DNA from: Eledone cirrhosa
Lineage: Eukaryota
NCBI GenBank assembly: GCA_964016885.1
Contig: OZ024741.1
Span: 113,832,001 to 113,896,000 of the forward strand
Direction of reading: 5' to 3'
DNA length: 64,000 bases
Shown here: positions 48,800-61,787 of the stretch, in pieces
How the letters are laid out: each line of letters opens with the position of its first letter
Position numbering within the stretch: the first letter of the stretch is position 1
Made by a program: the position numbers and the translations under genes
Notes under the pieces: model-generated
The model's database searches: none
Seen by the model: only the letters and a program-made list of their open reading frames with translations
Told to the model about the DNA's origin: nothing

Positions 48800-51700
48800 A
48801 AATCACACACAAGCATCTTTAGGTGTTTAGACTTGTGATATACTTATATTGACAGAATCTTCCTTAGTACATGGGCAGTTCCCATTAGTACTATCTTTTG
48901 AATTTCTCCTATATGCGGGTTTCCTGGGATTTGCGATAAGTAATCATTAGTGCCCTTCGGTATCAATCCTAGAGTGCCTACAACCACTGATATTATTTCA
49001 GTTCTCAACTTCCACACTTTTCCAATTTCTATCTCCAAATATTTTTATAGATACATTCTTGTCTATTGGAATGGACATATCAATTAGCAGGCATAGCCTC
49101 TTTTTAAAGTCCTTCAGTATTATATCAGGTCTACTTGCATCTATTTTTCGGTCTGTTTGGATGCTAAAGTTCCACAAGATTGAGATGTGATCTTTTTCAA
49201 GTACAAGAAGTGGTTGATGCTCCCACCAATTCTTTTGATGGGGCAGGTCAAAATGCTTACACATTATCCATTGTATGTATTGTGCAGCTCTGTCGTGCCT
49301 GTTTAGGTATTCGGTTGGAGCTATAGGACTGCACATTGAAATTATATGATCAATGGTCTCTGGTTGTTTTTTACATACACGGCATAATGAGTTGCATCCA
49401 TTTTTTATTATGTTGGCTTGATAATTTTTTGTTGGCAGACACTGATCTTGTGCTGATATAATCAGTCCTTCAGTCTCCGATTTCAGTCCAGAGGATGCCA
49501 ACCACTGATGGGTTAAAGTTTTGTCAACATCAGGATTGTTAGCTCTTTCTGGGTATTTTCCATACAGACGCTTTTCTTTCCATTTCTTAGCCAGTTTCTG
49601 TAGCAGTTCTTTCTTTGCAGTTACTTTTACCTGCTTTGCTTTTTCTGTGTTTTTCATTTCAGCAGTAAATGGAACTTCTGAAATTTGTAGTTCATTACTG
49701 TATCTTTGTGCATCTTTTGTAATGGAGTATGATCTTTTGATGCTTTCATGTTTCAAAATGAGTATGATCATCTAATCATGTAATTCCCTTAGATATGTAG
49801 ATAATCCAATTGTTGCAGTTTTCAAAGCAATATCTAACTGGATTAATCCACGCCCTCCTTCTTTCCTAGGGAGATATATTCTATCCGTATCTGCCTTAGG
49901 GTGATGCATTCTGTGCATGGATAAGAATTTTCTCATTTTTGTATCGACCCTACGGCTCTCTGTGCTTAACCAGTTGATGACATTGAAACTGTAGGTTGCT
50001 ACTGGTATGGCAAGCGTGTTTATGGCATCGATCCTATTCCTTGCATTCAATTCCGTTCTTAAGATTGCTCTTACTCTGCGGTAACATTCCTTCCTTATCC
50101 TTTCCCTCATTGTCGAGTGCTTGATTCCGTCTCCTTCACAAACATCTAGATATTTGTAAGTTTCCTCTTGATCAAGTTCTCTTATAACATTCCCCCGATT
50201 AAGATTAATGTCAAACTTCTCAGCAGCTTTCCTCTGGTGAACGTGGCTTTGGTGCATTTGTTTAGTCCAATCTCCATTTTAATATCATCACTGAACTGCT
50301 TCACAATGGATAATAGCCCTTGCAATTGCTCATCATTTTTTGCAATTAGTTTCAGGTCATCCATGTAGAACAAGTGATTAATGGTTGTCATAGACTTTAT
50401 ATCGATGTTTTGTTTCATTGAGCATTTTACTTAATGGTATAAGTGCGATGCAGAATAAAAGCGGTGATAAAGAGTCACCCTGAAAAATTCCGCAATTAAT
50501 ATTAACTTCTCCAGCTTCCAGTGAATTTTTTTCACTATTCAAAAGGAGTGTCATTTTCCATGTCTTCATACTAAATAACAGGAACTTCTTGACAAAGAGA
50601 GACATTTTGAAAATCTCTAAACACTTTTCAATCCAACTGTGTGGCAAACTATCGAATGCTTTTTTTGTCATCTATCCAAGCAATTCATAGATTTTTGTGT
50701 CTATTATGACAATCTTCCAGTATAATTTTGTTAACCAAAAGCTGATCCTTACAGCCATATGAGCATCGTTTACACCCTTTCTGCTCATTGGGAAATAGGT
50801 CATTTGTTATCAGGTGATCATATGTGTATTCAGTTAGGACTGATGTTAAAATTTTATACATTGCAAGTTATCGGTCTGTAATTTTGGGGATTGTTTGTCT
50901 CATTATTCTTCGGAAGTAGGAATGTAATGCCATTAACTAGCCATGATGGTATCTTTTCTGGCTCCTTAACCATTTCATTGTAAAGTTGGGCTAACAGCTC
51001 ATGAGACTCTGTGAAGGCATTTATCCAAAAATTTGGTATTTTGTCTTTCCCTAGGGATTTCCATTTGCTGGATTTTCTAAGAGCTAAACGCAGATGTTCC
51101 TCAAGGTGAGCTGCATCTTTCATTTGCCTGTCTATCTTTGGGGCATATATATTATGAACTTTTTCTTCGGCCCAGATCTTTTCCCAGAACTCTTGCACTT
51201 CCTCCTTGGTAGATTTAGCAGTTATTGTTGACTTACCAATTTTTCTGTAGAAGTTTCTTTGGTTGTTTTTGAAGATCGTTTTTCAAAGCGCCTTATATGA
51301 GTAGCTTTGGTTGATACTTTTTTCTTGATTGTTTCTATCAGCATGTCTATGTCACTTGTTGATTTTATACTGCATTTTCTTTTCAATTTTCTAAGTTTAG
51401 TTTATTTAACATGTTCACCTACTTTGTAGTTTGCTAAAATTTCTATGTCAGATCGGAGAAGGTTTATTTGGCGATTGATGTTCTCTTGCCAAGTAGGTGT
51501 TTTGTGAGAATTCCTTTGTTTTTTTCATTTTCACTCCACATAAGTGAGTGGTCACTTTAGCCGATGCATAATAGAGATGATTTAGATCAGTAATGTTTAG
51601 TTTATTTGTGATGATAATGTTTTTGAGAGTTATGTTAGTCTTGTGTATTATCCTTTGGTTTTGTTTGGAGTTCTGGATCTTAGGGAGAGTGTCTCCTTCC

Positions 51701-52170
51701 CTCATGTCAGATTCTTTCATTTTCATCCATTCGATCATAATTTCATTCTTCAAGTTGGCGAGTTCATTCTCATTTCTTTATCATTGACGATCTCATTGTT
51801 TTCATTTTGAGTTACATCTTGAGCATGCACTCCATCCAATTTTTCGATCCTTTCTTTAATTTGTTCTGTTGTCAGTGATTCCGCTCCAAGCCTGTGATTT
51901 GAAGTGTTACAATTTACCTCGTTTTCACTGGCATATGTTTCATTCTCCCTTCGCTGACTTTGCGCTAATTGCTTGATCTGATCAATTTCTATATCATTTA
52001 GTAACTTTTTCTTAACAATAGTTCTTCGTATATTGGCTAGTTTGTTACTGTCAATAAAGTCGCTGTTTTCGGGATGTTTTCGGGATGTTTCTTTTTCCCG
52101 TTGATATGTTCTGTATTCGATCTATTTGATGGGTAGTACATGGCAGTGTAGAAAGCCTCAAGGACTTCTT
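48800..52170 (-). mobile_element. Second R4/Dong-clade LINE, degraded, different subfamily
   Basis: [57 protein letters not shown]...LIDMSIP, VVGTLG. Confidence 0.92.
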
Positions 52171-52217
52171 TATTGTCTTCCCTTGACCACTTTTCTCTCT
52201 TTTTCTTTGGATTTCTT

Positions 52218-52441
52218 ATGGATTGGTAGTATCGGTAGAGGGTCGGACGCTATGCTTTGACGCACAGAGTTACGGCCCTTGCCATTCTGAGTTCGAATCC
52301 CGCCGAGGTTAACTTTGCCTTTCATCCTTACGGGGTCGATAAAATAAAGTACCAGTAATATACTGGGTAATTGCTGGCCTTGTGCCGAAAAGTAGAAACA
52401 ATTATAATTATTATTATTACTATTATTATTATTATTATTAC

Positions 52442-52473
<32 letters not shown>

Positions 52474-52670
52474 GGGTGGTAGATTGGCAGTATCGGTAGT
52501 GCGCCGGAAACCATTCTTGACGGCATAGATTTACGGCCCTTTACGTTCTGAGTTCAAATCCCGCCGAAGTTAGCTTTGCCTTTCATTCTTAAACGGTCAA
52601 TAAATAAAGCACCAGTAATGCATTGGGGTCGATTTAATTGACTTTCTCCTCCCCTTCAAATTATTATTAT
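52218..52670 (+). mobile_element. Two tandem SINE-B copies separated by (ATT)n
   Basis: gattgg(t/c)agtatcggtag...ttctgagttc(g/a)aatcccgccga...ctttgcctttcat at ~52220 and ~52481. Confidence 0.85.
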
Positions 52671-53032
52671 TTTATATATATATAACTTTCGAAATGGCCG
52701 GAGTTCAGCCGTCGGGAGTCCTGACATCTTTCCTATATATATATATTTATACATACATATATGTGTGTGTGAAATAATTCATCAAACCTTTATATATGTG
52801 AAACTTATAAGTAACTATCACTTTTAATGATATTAATTATATTATTTGATTCTACATTTTGTATGTAGTTCATTTCAGATAATGTTTCACTGATGTATAA
52901 TTTATACCTATATATGACACAACATTACTATATACACACACAAACACACATTCCCTTTGCTTAGGTATGTGTGTGAGTGTGTAAGAGTAAAGAAAGTATG
53001 TGTGTATATATGTGATATATGTGTGTGTGTGT

Positions 53033-53084
<52 letters not shown>

Positions 53085-53091
53085 ATATATA

Positions 53092-53171
<80 letters not shown>

Positions 53172-53578
53172 TATATATATATAATCATTTCTTCTTTCCT
53201 TTTTAAAAGAATTAAGAAACAAAATCTAATGAAAGTCTTAATAAGAAAAACCAAACAAAAAAAAGAGAGAAGTTCATTAGCTTCTTTAAAAAACCAAGAA
53301 CTACAGAAAAATATATAACCACCTAACAAACTCAAAGTCAATAATAGCTTCTTGTTAGAAGAAAATACAATAATCAGAAATAGAAGAAACAGAACATTAT
53401 TATTGTTTTCTTTTAGAACCACATTTTTTGTGACCCCCCCCCCCCCCTCCTTTATTTCCTCCACCTTTTCTTTTTCCTTCTCAGAATCAACAAAGATACT
53501 GGGAAAAGCAAAATGATTATCAAAAGAAAAAAAGTATCTTTTTTAAAATTAAAATTGAATATACATACATATATATGT

Positions 53579-53627
<49 letters not shown>

Positions 53628-54064
53628 CATACAAGACAAAACTGTACACTGTCATATATTTAATTAGATTTCGCTTTTCAGATTATCTTCTGGTGGAAAA
53701 AGAAAAAAGGTGTTACAGTTTAAAGAGTTTAAAAAACTTGAAGATCATTCCATCATTCCATTGCTTTTGAATTCTATCAAAAACCATTGTTTTGATTTGT
53801 AATACAGATACAAAGAAATATTTAATTCACATCAGTATATAACTGGTACTTTATTTTAACCACAGCTGAAGGTGAAGGGTGATGGAAAGCAAAGTTGAGC
53901 CCTTGGTAGGATTTTGTAACAAACCTTTAACTCTTTTAATACCAAACTACCTGAAACAGCTCTGTACTATACATAGAGCACTCTTCTTTCCTTTCCCTTT
54001 TCTACGGAAATACTTAACACACACACATATATATATATATTTGTTCGTCATGACCTTCAAGGGT

Positions 54065-55250
54065 TGTCAACATGGTAGCTATCTCAAGCTGTTTAACCTC
54101 AGGCGTTTCACTAATGTACTGAGTACCTTGATCAGAGAATTTTTATATACAGATGATTGTGGTCTCTTTGCACACTCCCAGAGTGGCATACAGAACCTTA
54201 TGAATTCTTTTTCCAATGCGTGCAGTGCTTTGGGACTGACAATCAGTCTGAAGAAGACTGTTGTCATGTACCAACCTGCTCTGGATAAAGTTTTCAATGA
54301 ACCCTCCATATACGTATACGGTCAAAAGCTCAAGGCTGCTGACATATTTGTGTATTTGGGAAGTACTCTGAGTGTGGCCTGCTCTCTGGATGCAGAAGTT
54401 GGTATATGTGTTAGTAAGGCAAGTGAGTCATTAGGAAGGCTCAACGACCGTCTTTGGTGCAGGCAAGGAATCACAATGAGGACCAAGGTGAGAGGGTATG
54501 CTGCATGCGTATCACTGCCAGCTTTGCTGTATGCATGTAAGACATGGGTTGCCCACAAATGGCATATCCACAGACTGGAATGGTTTCACCAGCAGTGTCT
54601 CAGAAAGATGCTCGGTATCAAGTGGCAGATGCATGTGAGTGATCTTGAGGTCCTTGAGAGAAGTGAGTATCGGAGTATTGAGAGTATCATCCACCAACGG
54701 CATTGCGATGAACCAGACACCTCTGCAGAATGGAGGATGATCAAATCCCAAAGCAACTCTTGTATGGCGAGCTTTGTGAAGGTAAGAGACCACCTCACAA
54801 GCCAGGGCTCCGATTCAAGGATTGTGTAAAGGACTCATTGAAAAAAAACTGGTTTGATGATGGCTGACTGTGAGATAGAAGCTCTTGAAAGAGAAACTTG
54901 ACATGGAATGGTCCATAATTTTGAGGACAGACGCATAGAACACGAGAAGATCAAACGGGATGTGCGTAGGCAATGCCCTGGTGTATCTCTCGAAACGATC
55001 GGTGTCTCCATTGAATTGAAGTGCCCTGAGTGTGGAAAGATTTGCTTGAGCAAATCTGGTCTCGAGAGCCACAGTCGCAGCCATGTTCAAAGAGAACCAA
55101 TGAACTATGATCTCCACGGTGTTGTGAGGGTTCATGGGCAACCTGGTGCAGGACCTCAAGCCAAGGAGATCCATAGTTGTCATCAGTGTGTGAAGGAGTG
55201 CAAGTCTCTAGCAGGCTTGAAAAGCCATATCCAAGTGTCACACATCTGAA
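54065..55250 (+). mobile_element. 5'-truncated RTE (BovB-like) LINE with C-terminal C2H2 zinc fingers
   Basis: REFLYTDDC, GLTISLKKTVVMYQP, FVYLGSTLS, LLYACKTW, FHQQCLRKML; CPECGKIC...HSRSH and CHQC...HIQVSH in 54908-55249. Confidence 0.88.
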
Positions 55251-55660
55251 TCTGACAAGCGATTGCAATACTCTTGGCAGAATTTGCAGCCTTTCATATA
55301 TTTGACGACCACAGGACTAGAACTTTTCATTTGACTTCTATAGAACTAGAACTGTTTCATTCATTGCCTATACTCTACCAATGTAATGAGTACCTTTTTT
55401 AACTGTCGTTACCCACCCCCAAAACACAACTCAAGAATCTACATATATATATATATGTATATATATATTATTATGCTTTGGGAGGGTCATCTAGTTATTG
55501 AACTAACTGACTGGAAAATTAAAACAATAAATTGAAGTGAAACCCAACAAGTGGATTTGTCACCCAAAGTATAATAATATCTGTTGCAACTTACGTTTTC
55601 AAAAAAAATTATTGCAAAACAAATACAAAAATGAAGTATATATCATCATCATCATCATTA

Positions 55661-55840
55661 TTGGCAGTATCGGTAGAGGGTCGGACGCCATGCTTTCCAG
55701 CATAGTTACGTCCCTTTACGATCTGAGTTCAAATCCCGCCGAGGTTGACTTTGCCTTTCATCCGTACGGGGTCGATAAAATAAAGTACCAGTAATGCACT
55801 GGGTAATTGCTGGCCTTGTGCCAAAAGTAGAAACAATTAT
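55661..55840 (+). mobile_element. SINE family B
   Basis: Same sequence as 40761-40950 and 52218-52400. Confidence 0.85.
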
Positions 55841-55841
55841 T

Positions 55842-56268
55842 GTTTAATGTCCATTTTCCATGCTAGCATGGATTAAACGTATTGTCTCGTTTGAGGCAAG
55901 TCAGGTCAGGTGAACAAGTCTTGTTCACACAGAACTGTTTCTGGGTTGGTTTCTAGGGCTGAATACCTTTCCTAATGCCAACCACATTTACAGTGTGCTG
56001 GGTACATTTTCTTGTGACTCCTATACGAGCACTTTACAGTGTGGGCTGGGCGCTTTTTGCATGACTCCTACACAACCACTTTACAGTGTGGGCTGAGTGC
56101 TTTTGGTTGTGAATCCTACATGACCACTTTACAGTGTGGGCTGGGCGCCTTTTGTCATGGCTCCTACACAAAACACAATCATTTTACAGTGTGGGCTGGG
56201 TGCTTTTTGTCGTGACTCCTACATGACCACTTTACTGTGTGTGCTGGATGTTTTTTGTCATGACACCA

Positions 56269-56270
<2 letters not shown>
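55842..56270 (-). mobile_element. RTE-tailed SINE-like fragment with ~6-7 tandem ~41-bp monomers
   Basis: ttacagtgtgggctgggtgcttttt...tgactcctacatgaccact repeated over ~55985-56270; tail tttaatgtccattttccatgctagcatgg. Confidence 0.8.
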
Positions 56271-56327
<57 letters not shown>

Positions 56328-56669
56328 CACCATCCACCACCATCACCATGACTGACACCATCCACCACCACCACCGCTATCACTGACACCATCCACCAAC
56401 ACCACCATCACTGACACCATCCACCACCATCACCGCGACCATTCACCACCTCCATCACCAGCGTAAAGCAAACAATTATTATTATTATTATATAAAAACT
56501 GAACTGGGCTGGGAAAAGTCAACAGTTGACATGATTTTGATTTTGTATCAGTACTGCCGGTAATATATGTATATATATGTATCTATGTGAGTGGTGTGTG
56601 TGTGTTTGTATGCATGAGTGTTGGTGTGTGAGTGGCGTGTGTGTTTGTAGTTTGTATGCATGAGTGTTG

Positions 56670-56739
<70 letters not shown>

Positions 56740-56761
56740 GTCAATAAGTGTTTTTTTTATG

Positions 56762-59700
56762 ACCATGCTGTAAAATGGAGGGGCTAGAGAGGGCCCGTGA
56801 GTCTAGTAAGACATCCTCTCTAGTGCTGGTGGCACAAATAAAAGCACCCAATCCATGCTGTAAAGTGGTGCTGGTGTTAGGAAGGGCATCTAACCAGTGT
56901 ATCAATGCCAAAACGCTTATCAGCACACCAACAAATAGGAACAACAACAAAATATGAAGACGTCGCATCTCAGAGTTGCAACACTTAATGTTGGCACTCT
57001 CAGAGGTAGATCTGCTGAAATAGCGGAGATGCTGGAGAGAAGGCATGTGGATGTGTGCTGCGTGCAAGAGGTGAGATGGAGAGGTGCCTCTGGGAGACTA
57101 GTCGTAGGCAAACATCTTAGCTATAAGCTTTTCTGGGTAGGTAAGGATGATGGGTTAGGGGGAGTAGGCATTTTCCTGGCTGAGAGATGGATCAATAAGA
57201 CAATAGAGGTAGTTCGAGTTAATAATAGAATAATTAAGCTTAGATTAGTTGTAGGCAGGAGACTACTGACAATAATCTCTGCCTATGCTCCCCAAGCAGG
57301 CCTAGGCAAAGAAGAGAAAGACTGCTTTTACGAGCAACGTTTACAAACAGCCACAATGACAGAGGACGGAGACATCGTTATGCTAGCAGGGGTCTTCAAT
57401 GGTCATGTTGGACAGCTCCAGGATGGTTACACTGGGGTACATGGTGGGCACGGTTATGGCTCAAGAAATGAAGGAGTGAGACTTCTTGAATTTTGTGATG
57501 CAAGTACACTGACTATTTGCAACACAAACTTCCAGAAACCTGCTAATCACCTAATAACCTATATATCTGGCGAGCACATAAGCCATATTGACTTCTTACT
57601 AGTTAGGCAGCGGGACAGGCAAATAGTGACTAATACCAAGGCATACACCCGGGAAGAATGTACCCACAGCATAGGTTAGTCGTTAGTGATATCTCAGTAA
57701 GCAAGAGATGGAATGAGACATACAGGAAGGTGTGGAGAAGAAAGGTCTGGAAGCTAAAAGACCTTTCACTAAAATACAAATTTAGGAAAGCCCTTCAAGA
57801 TGTATATGACGAAAAAGAAGACGATTTAGAGACGTATGACATAGATAATAACTAGAATTTCTTACGTGACAACTTGCTGCAGGCTACTGATGAAACTTGT
57901 GGCTGGAGCAGAGTTCCAACCACACAGAGAGTGACCTGGTGGTGGAACAGCACAGTAGATAAGGCCATTAGAGACAAAAGACTAGCTTGGAAGGCTTGGA
58001 AAAAGGGTGGGAGTAGGGAAGAATATATAGCCGCTAAGAGAGAAGCTAGACGTCAGGTGTACTTAGCACGCAGGGAGGCTGAGAGTAGGAGGTTTGCCAA
58101 TGTTCTGCGACGGGAGGATTAGAGGCGTGCGGTGTTCCACATTGCAAGGCAGTGTGTCAATGCATATCAGGATGTTGTTGGAGATAAATGTGTCCGGAAT
58201 TATGCCGGTGTACTTAGTGTCACGAATGATCAGAAAAAGGAAGCCTGGAAATGTCATTATGAGAGACTGATGAATGTGGAGAACGAATGGGAGACAGAGA
58301 AATTACCCTTAGTAGATCCGACAGAGGGACCAGCTATTAAGATTGACGAATATAGGGTCCATGACGCGATTAAGGAAATGAAAAATGGTAAGGCCGCTGG
58401 ACCATCGGGAATAGTTGCTGAGTTGCTGAAGGCATCAGGGGACGTAGGCACGAAACTGGTTGCACGCATCATCAATCAGGCTATATATGGTTGTGTCATA
58501 CCCAAAGAATGGTGCAGCATTATTCTCATAAATTGCTACAAAGGTAAAGGGGACGCTCTGGAGAGGAGCAATTATAGAGGTATAAAACTGATAGATCAGG
58601 TTATGAAAGTGGCAGAAAGGATTAGAAAAAGGGTCAAACTAGATGAGATGCAGTTTGGTTTTGTGCGAGGGAAAAGTACAACAGATGCCCTCTTCTTGGT
58701 GAGACAATTGCAAGAGAGGTTCTTAGAGAAAAATAAGCCACTATACTTAGCCTTTGTTGACCTAAAGAAGGCCTTTGATAGGGTACCCCGATCTGTCATC
58801 TGGTGGTCCCTAAGGAAACTAGGTGTTGAGGAATGGCTTGTGAGGACAGTGCAAACTTTGTACAGAGGTACTCTCAGTAAAGTGAGGGTAGGAATGGAGT
58901 TGAGTGAGGAATTTCAGATACAAGTAGGAGTACATCAAGGTTTGGTCCTCAGCCCGCTCTTGTTCATTATAGTCCTCCAAACCATAACAGAGGAGTTTAA
59001 GACTGGCTGTCCATGGGAACTTCTCTATGCTGACGATCTGGTTCTTATAGCAAAATCAGTAGAGGAGCTAGAGAATAAATTCTGGCTATGGAAACAGCAG
59101 TTGGAAGCAAGAGGACTGAGAGTGAACCTAGCTAAGACAAAAGTGTTGATGAGTAGAAAAGAGGACAAAACTCTGATTCCGTCAGGGAAATGGCCATGTT
59201 CGATATGCAGAAAAGGAACTGGCATAAATTCTATAAGATGCACACAATGCAGATCCTGGGTACACAAGAGATGTAGCGGGATAGCAGGCAAACTAACAGG
59301 TAAGGAGAAATATGTATGCAGATGTACAGGGGAATTAGACAGTAGAAGTCGCATTGATAGACACATTTTTCAAATGCAGGAGGGTGCTATAGAAGTGGTG
59401 GATAGCTTCCGGTACCTAAGGGATCAGATTAGCATGTGAGGAGGTTGTTCCGAGGCCAGAGTATCTAGAATAAGGACGGGTTGGAAGAAGTTTAGGGAGC
59501 TGCTTCCTCTGCTGACGAAGAAAGGTTTCTCCCTGCGTACGAACGGCCGGTTGTATGATGCCTGTGTGACGAGTGCAATGCTGCATGGTAGTGAGACATG
59601 GGCAGCAACTGCAGAGGATATGCGACGGCTGGAGAGAAATGAGGCAAGCATGCTCCGTTGGATGTGCAGTGTAAATGTGCGTGAACGACCCAGCATGAAT

Positions 59701-60012
59701 CTGTTGAGAGAGAAACTGTGTCTGAGAGGGATAGAATGTAGTGTATGGGAGAGGAGACTGAGGTGGTATGGACATGTGATGCGCATGGAGGATGACCGAT
59801 GGGTGAAGAAGTGCCAGGAAATGCCAGTTGAAGGAAGACGTGGTAGAGGTAGACCACGAAAAACATGGGCGGAGGTGGTGAGAACAGACCTCAGATCATT
59901 GAAGCTCACGGTGGAGATGACGAAGGACCGTGACGAGTGGAGAGATGCTGTGCTGAATAAGACCCGTCCCACCCTTGCGAGCGGACGTAAAATGATGATG
60001 ATGATGATGGTG
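56762..60012 (+). mobile_element. Near full-length RTE-B LINE (APE + RT + PHD-like finger) with a few stops and frameshifts
   Basis: ORF pieces 56954-57679, 57658-57855, 57874-58122, 58132-59439 and 59551 onward; short 5' UTR containing ggtgttaggaagggcatc; tail cccacccttgcgagcggacgtaaa followed by (atg)n. Confidence 0.95.
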
Positions 60013-60015
60013 ATA

Positions 60016-60056
<41 letters not shown>

Positions 60057-60092
60057 ATATATATATATTTATATATATAATATATATATATT

Positions 60093-60690
60093 ATTGTTAT
60101 ACTTTGGGAGGGTCATGTTGCCAATAAGAAACACACCCACCAGTTGCTTTCACTCCAATTTATTATAAATTAAAAAATTTTTAAATTTATAAATTTCCGG
60201 TTGCTTGGTTGGTTCCACAACCGGACAGTTGTTTATATATTGTCAAAGTTCTTTCGTCACATATTCTGTGACCTCTTCAGTGACTGGGGATTCTTTTCTT
60301 TGTTTTGTGCCTCTCCTTTGTTCTGTCCTACGCCATCTTGTTTTTGTGTGTGTTGTGTGCTTAGTTTGCGCATGTGTTACATCCGGGTGTCTGTGTGTGT
60401 TTTTATTTGTTTATTTACATGTTACTAGTTGGTTGTTTGTTCTATGGGTGTCTGTTTTCATTTTGTCCTTAATTATAAGTTGTGATGTTACTATTCCATT
60501 CATGTTTTCTATTTAATTTTGGTTGGAGTTCATTTATGTTTATTCCCTCTGTGATTTGTCTAAACATTGTGGAACATTGTGGAACCAACCAACCAACCGG
60601 AAATTTATAAATATTTATAATAAATTGGAGTGAAAGCAACTGGTATGTGTGTTTCTTATTGGCAACATGACCCTTCCAAAGTATAACAAT
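60093..60690. repeat. 600-bp element with ~115-125-bp inverted ends (60093-60220 / 60577-60690)
   Basis: attgttatactttgggagggtcatgttgccaataagaaac...ggttccacaa versus ttgtggaacc...catgacccttccaaagtataacaat. Confidence 0.92.
60242..60284 (-). ncRNA. Minimal type-I hammerhead ribozyme
   Basis: Minus strand: gtca-CTGAAGA-g gtcaca gaata tgtgac-GAAA-gaac-TT-tgac; perfect stems I and II. Confidence 0.75.
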
Positions 60691-60919
60691 ATCGGTTTCA
60701 GCACACGTTTTCAGATAAAGAATCTTGCTAAACAAATTCAGAAACGAAATATATATGTGTGTGTGTGTGTAGGAAAAGGGTTAGGAACTCAACGGTGAGC
60801 CGGAGCTCAGCCGTCGGGGTCCTAACTCTTTTCCTACACTATATATATATATATGTAAGAATATTTTCGAAACAGCGAGCGGGTTTGAAATTATTAGAAA
60901 TGTAAGCTGTCGCCGTATT

Positions 60920-61094
60920 TTGAGTAAAGAAATTAAAGAAATTATTTTAGCCTGATTGTGGGGTTAAGAACCCTCGGAGAAATGGAAAAAGATGAGTATT
61001 GACGTACATGTACGTCAATACTCATCTTTTTCCATTTCTCCGAGGGTTCTTAACCCCACTATCAGGCTAAAATAATTTCTTTAATTTCTTTAGT

Positions 61095-61097
<3 letters not shown>
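60920..61097. repeat. Near-perfect 178-bp palindrome with no spacer
   Basis: Centre gacgtaca|tgtacgtc at 61008/61009; abuts (TA)n. Confidence 0.95.
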
Positions 61098-61128
<31 letters not shown>

Positions 61129-61324
61129 GAAAGGTATAGAAAACATTGTAGCGAAAAGCCAACATATATATGTATATATATATATATATTTGGATCTAGC
61201 TGTCGAAACGGCCAGAGCTCAGCTATCAGGGTCCTAAGTCTTTTCCTATTACCCACTCTACTACCCTAAGTATAGAGTACTCTGGTGCATTATGGTCCAC
61301 CTGGTTCCTTACCACACTTTCTTT

Positions 61325-61652
61325 CATCATCATCATTTCATTTTACGTCCGCTTTTTCCCTGCTTGCAAGGGTGGGACGGGAACTGATTCTGGCTTGATT
61401 TCTACAGCTGGATGCCCTTCCTAACACCAACCTCATTTACAGTGAGTGATGGGTGCTTTTTTGCCATGGCACCTCCACGACCACTTTGCAGTGGAATGAT
61501 AGGGACACCAGTCCCTATCATCTCGTTTCTACAGCTGAGTAAACTGGAGCAATGTGAAATAAAGTGCCTTGCTCAATGAAACAACACATCACCCGGTCTG
61601 AGAATTGAAATCACAACCTTTCGATTGCAAGGCCAAAGCTCTAACCACTAAG
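61325..61652 (-). mobile_element. SINE family A
   Basis: Near-identical to 41319-41655. Confidence 0.88.

Positions 61653-61787
<135 letters not shown>

Noticed and set aside
53682-53800. Possible exon after ttttcAG
   Set aside because: No recognisable product and no partner exon found.
54908-55249. Host C2H2 zinc-finger gene
   Set aside because: Contiguous with upstream RTE RT sequence, so read as the LINE C-terminus.
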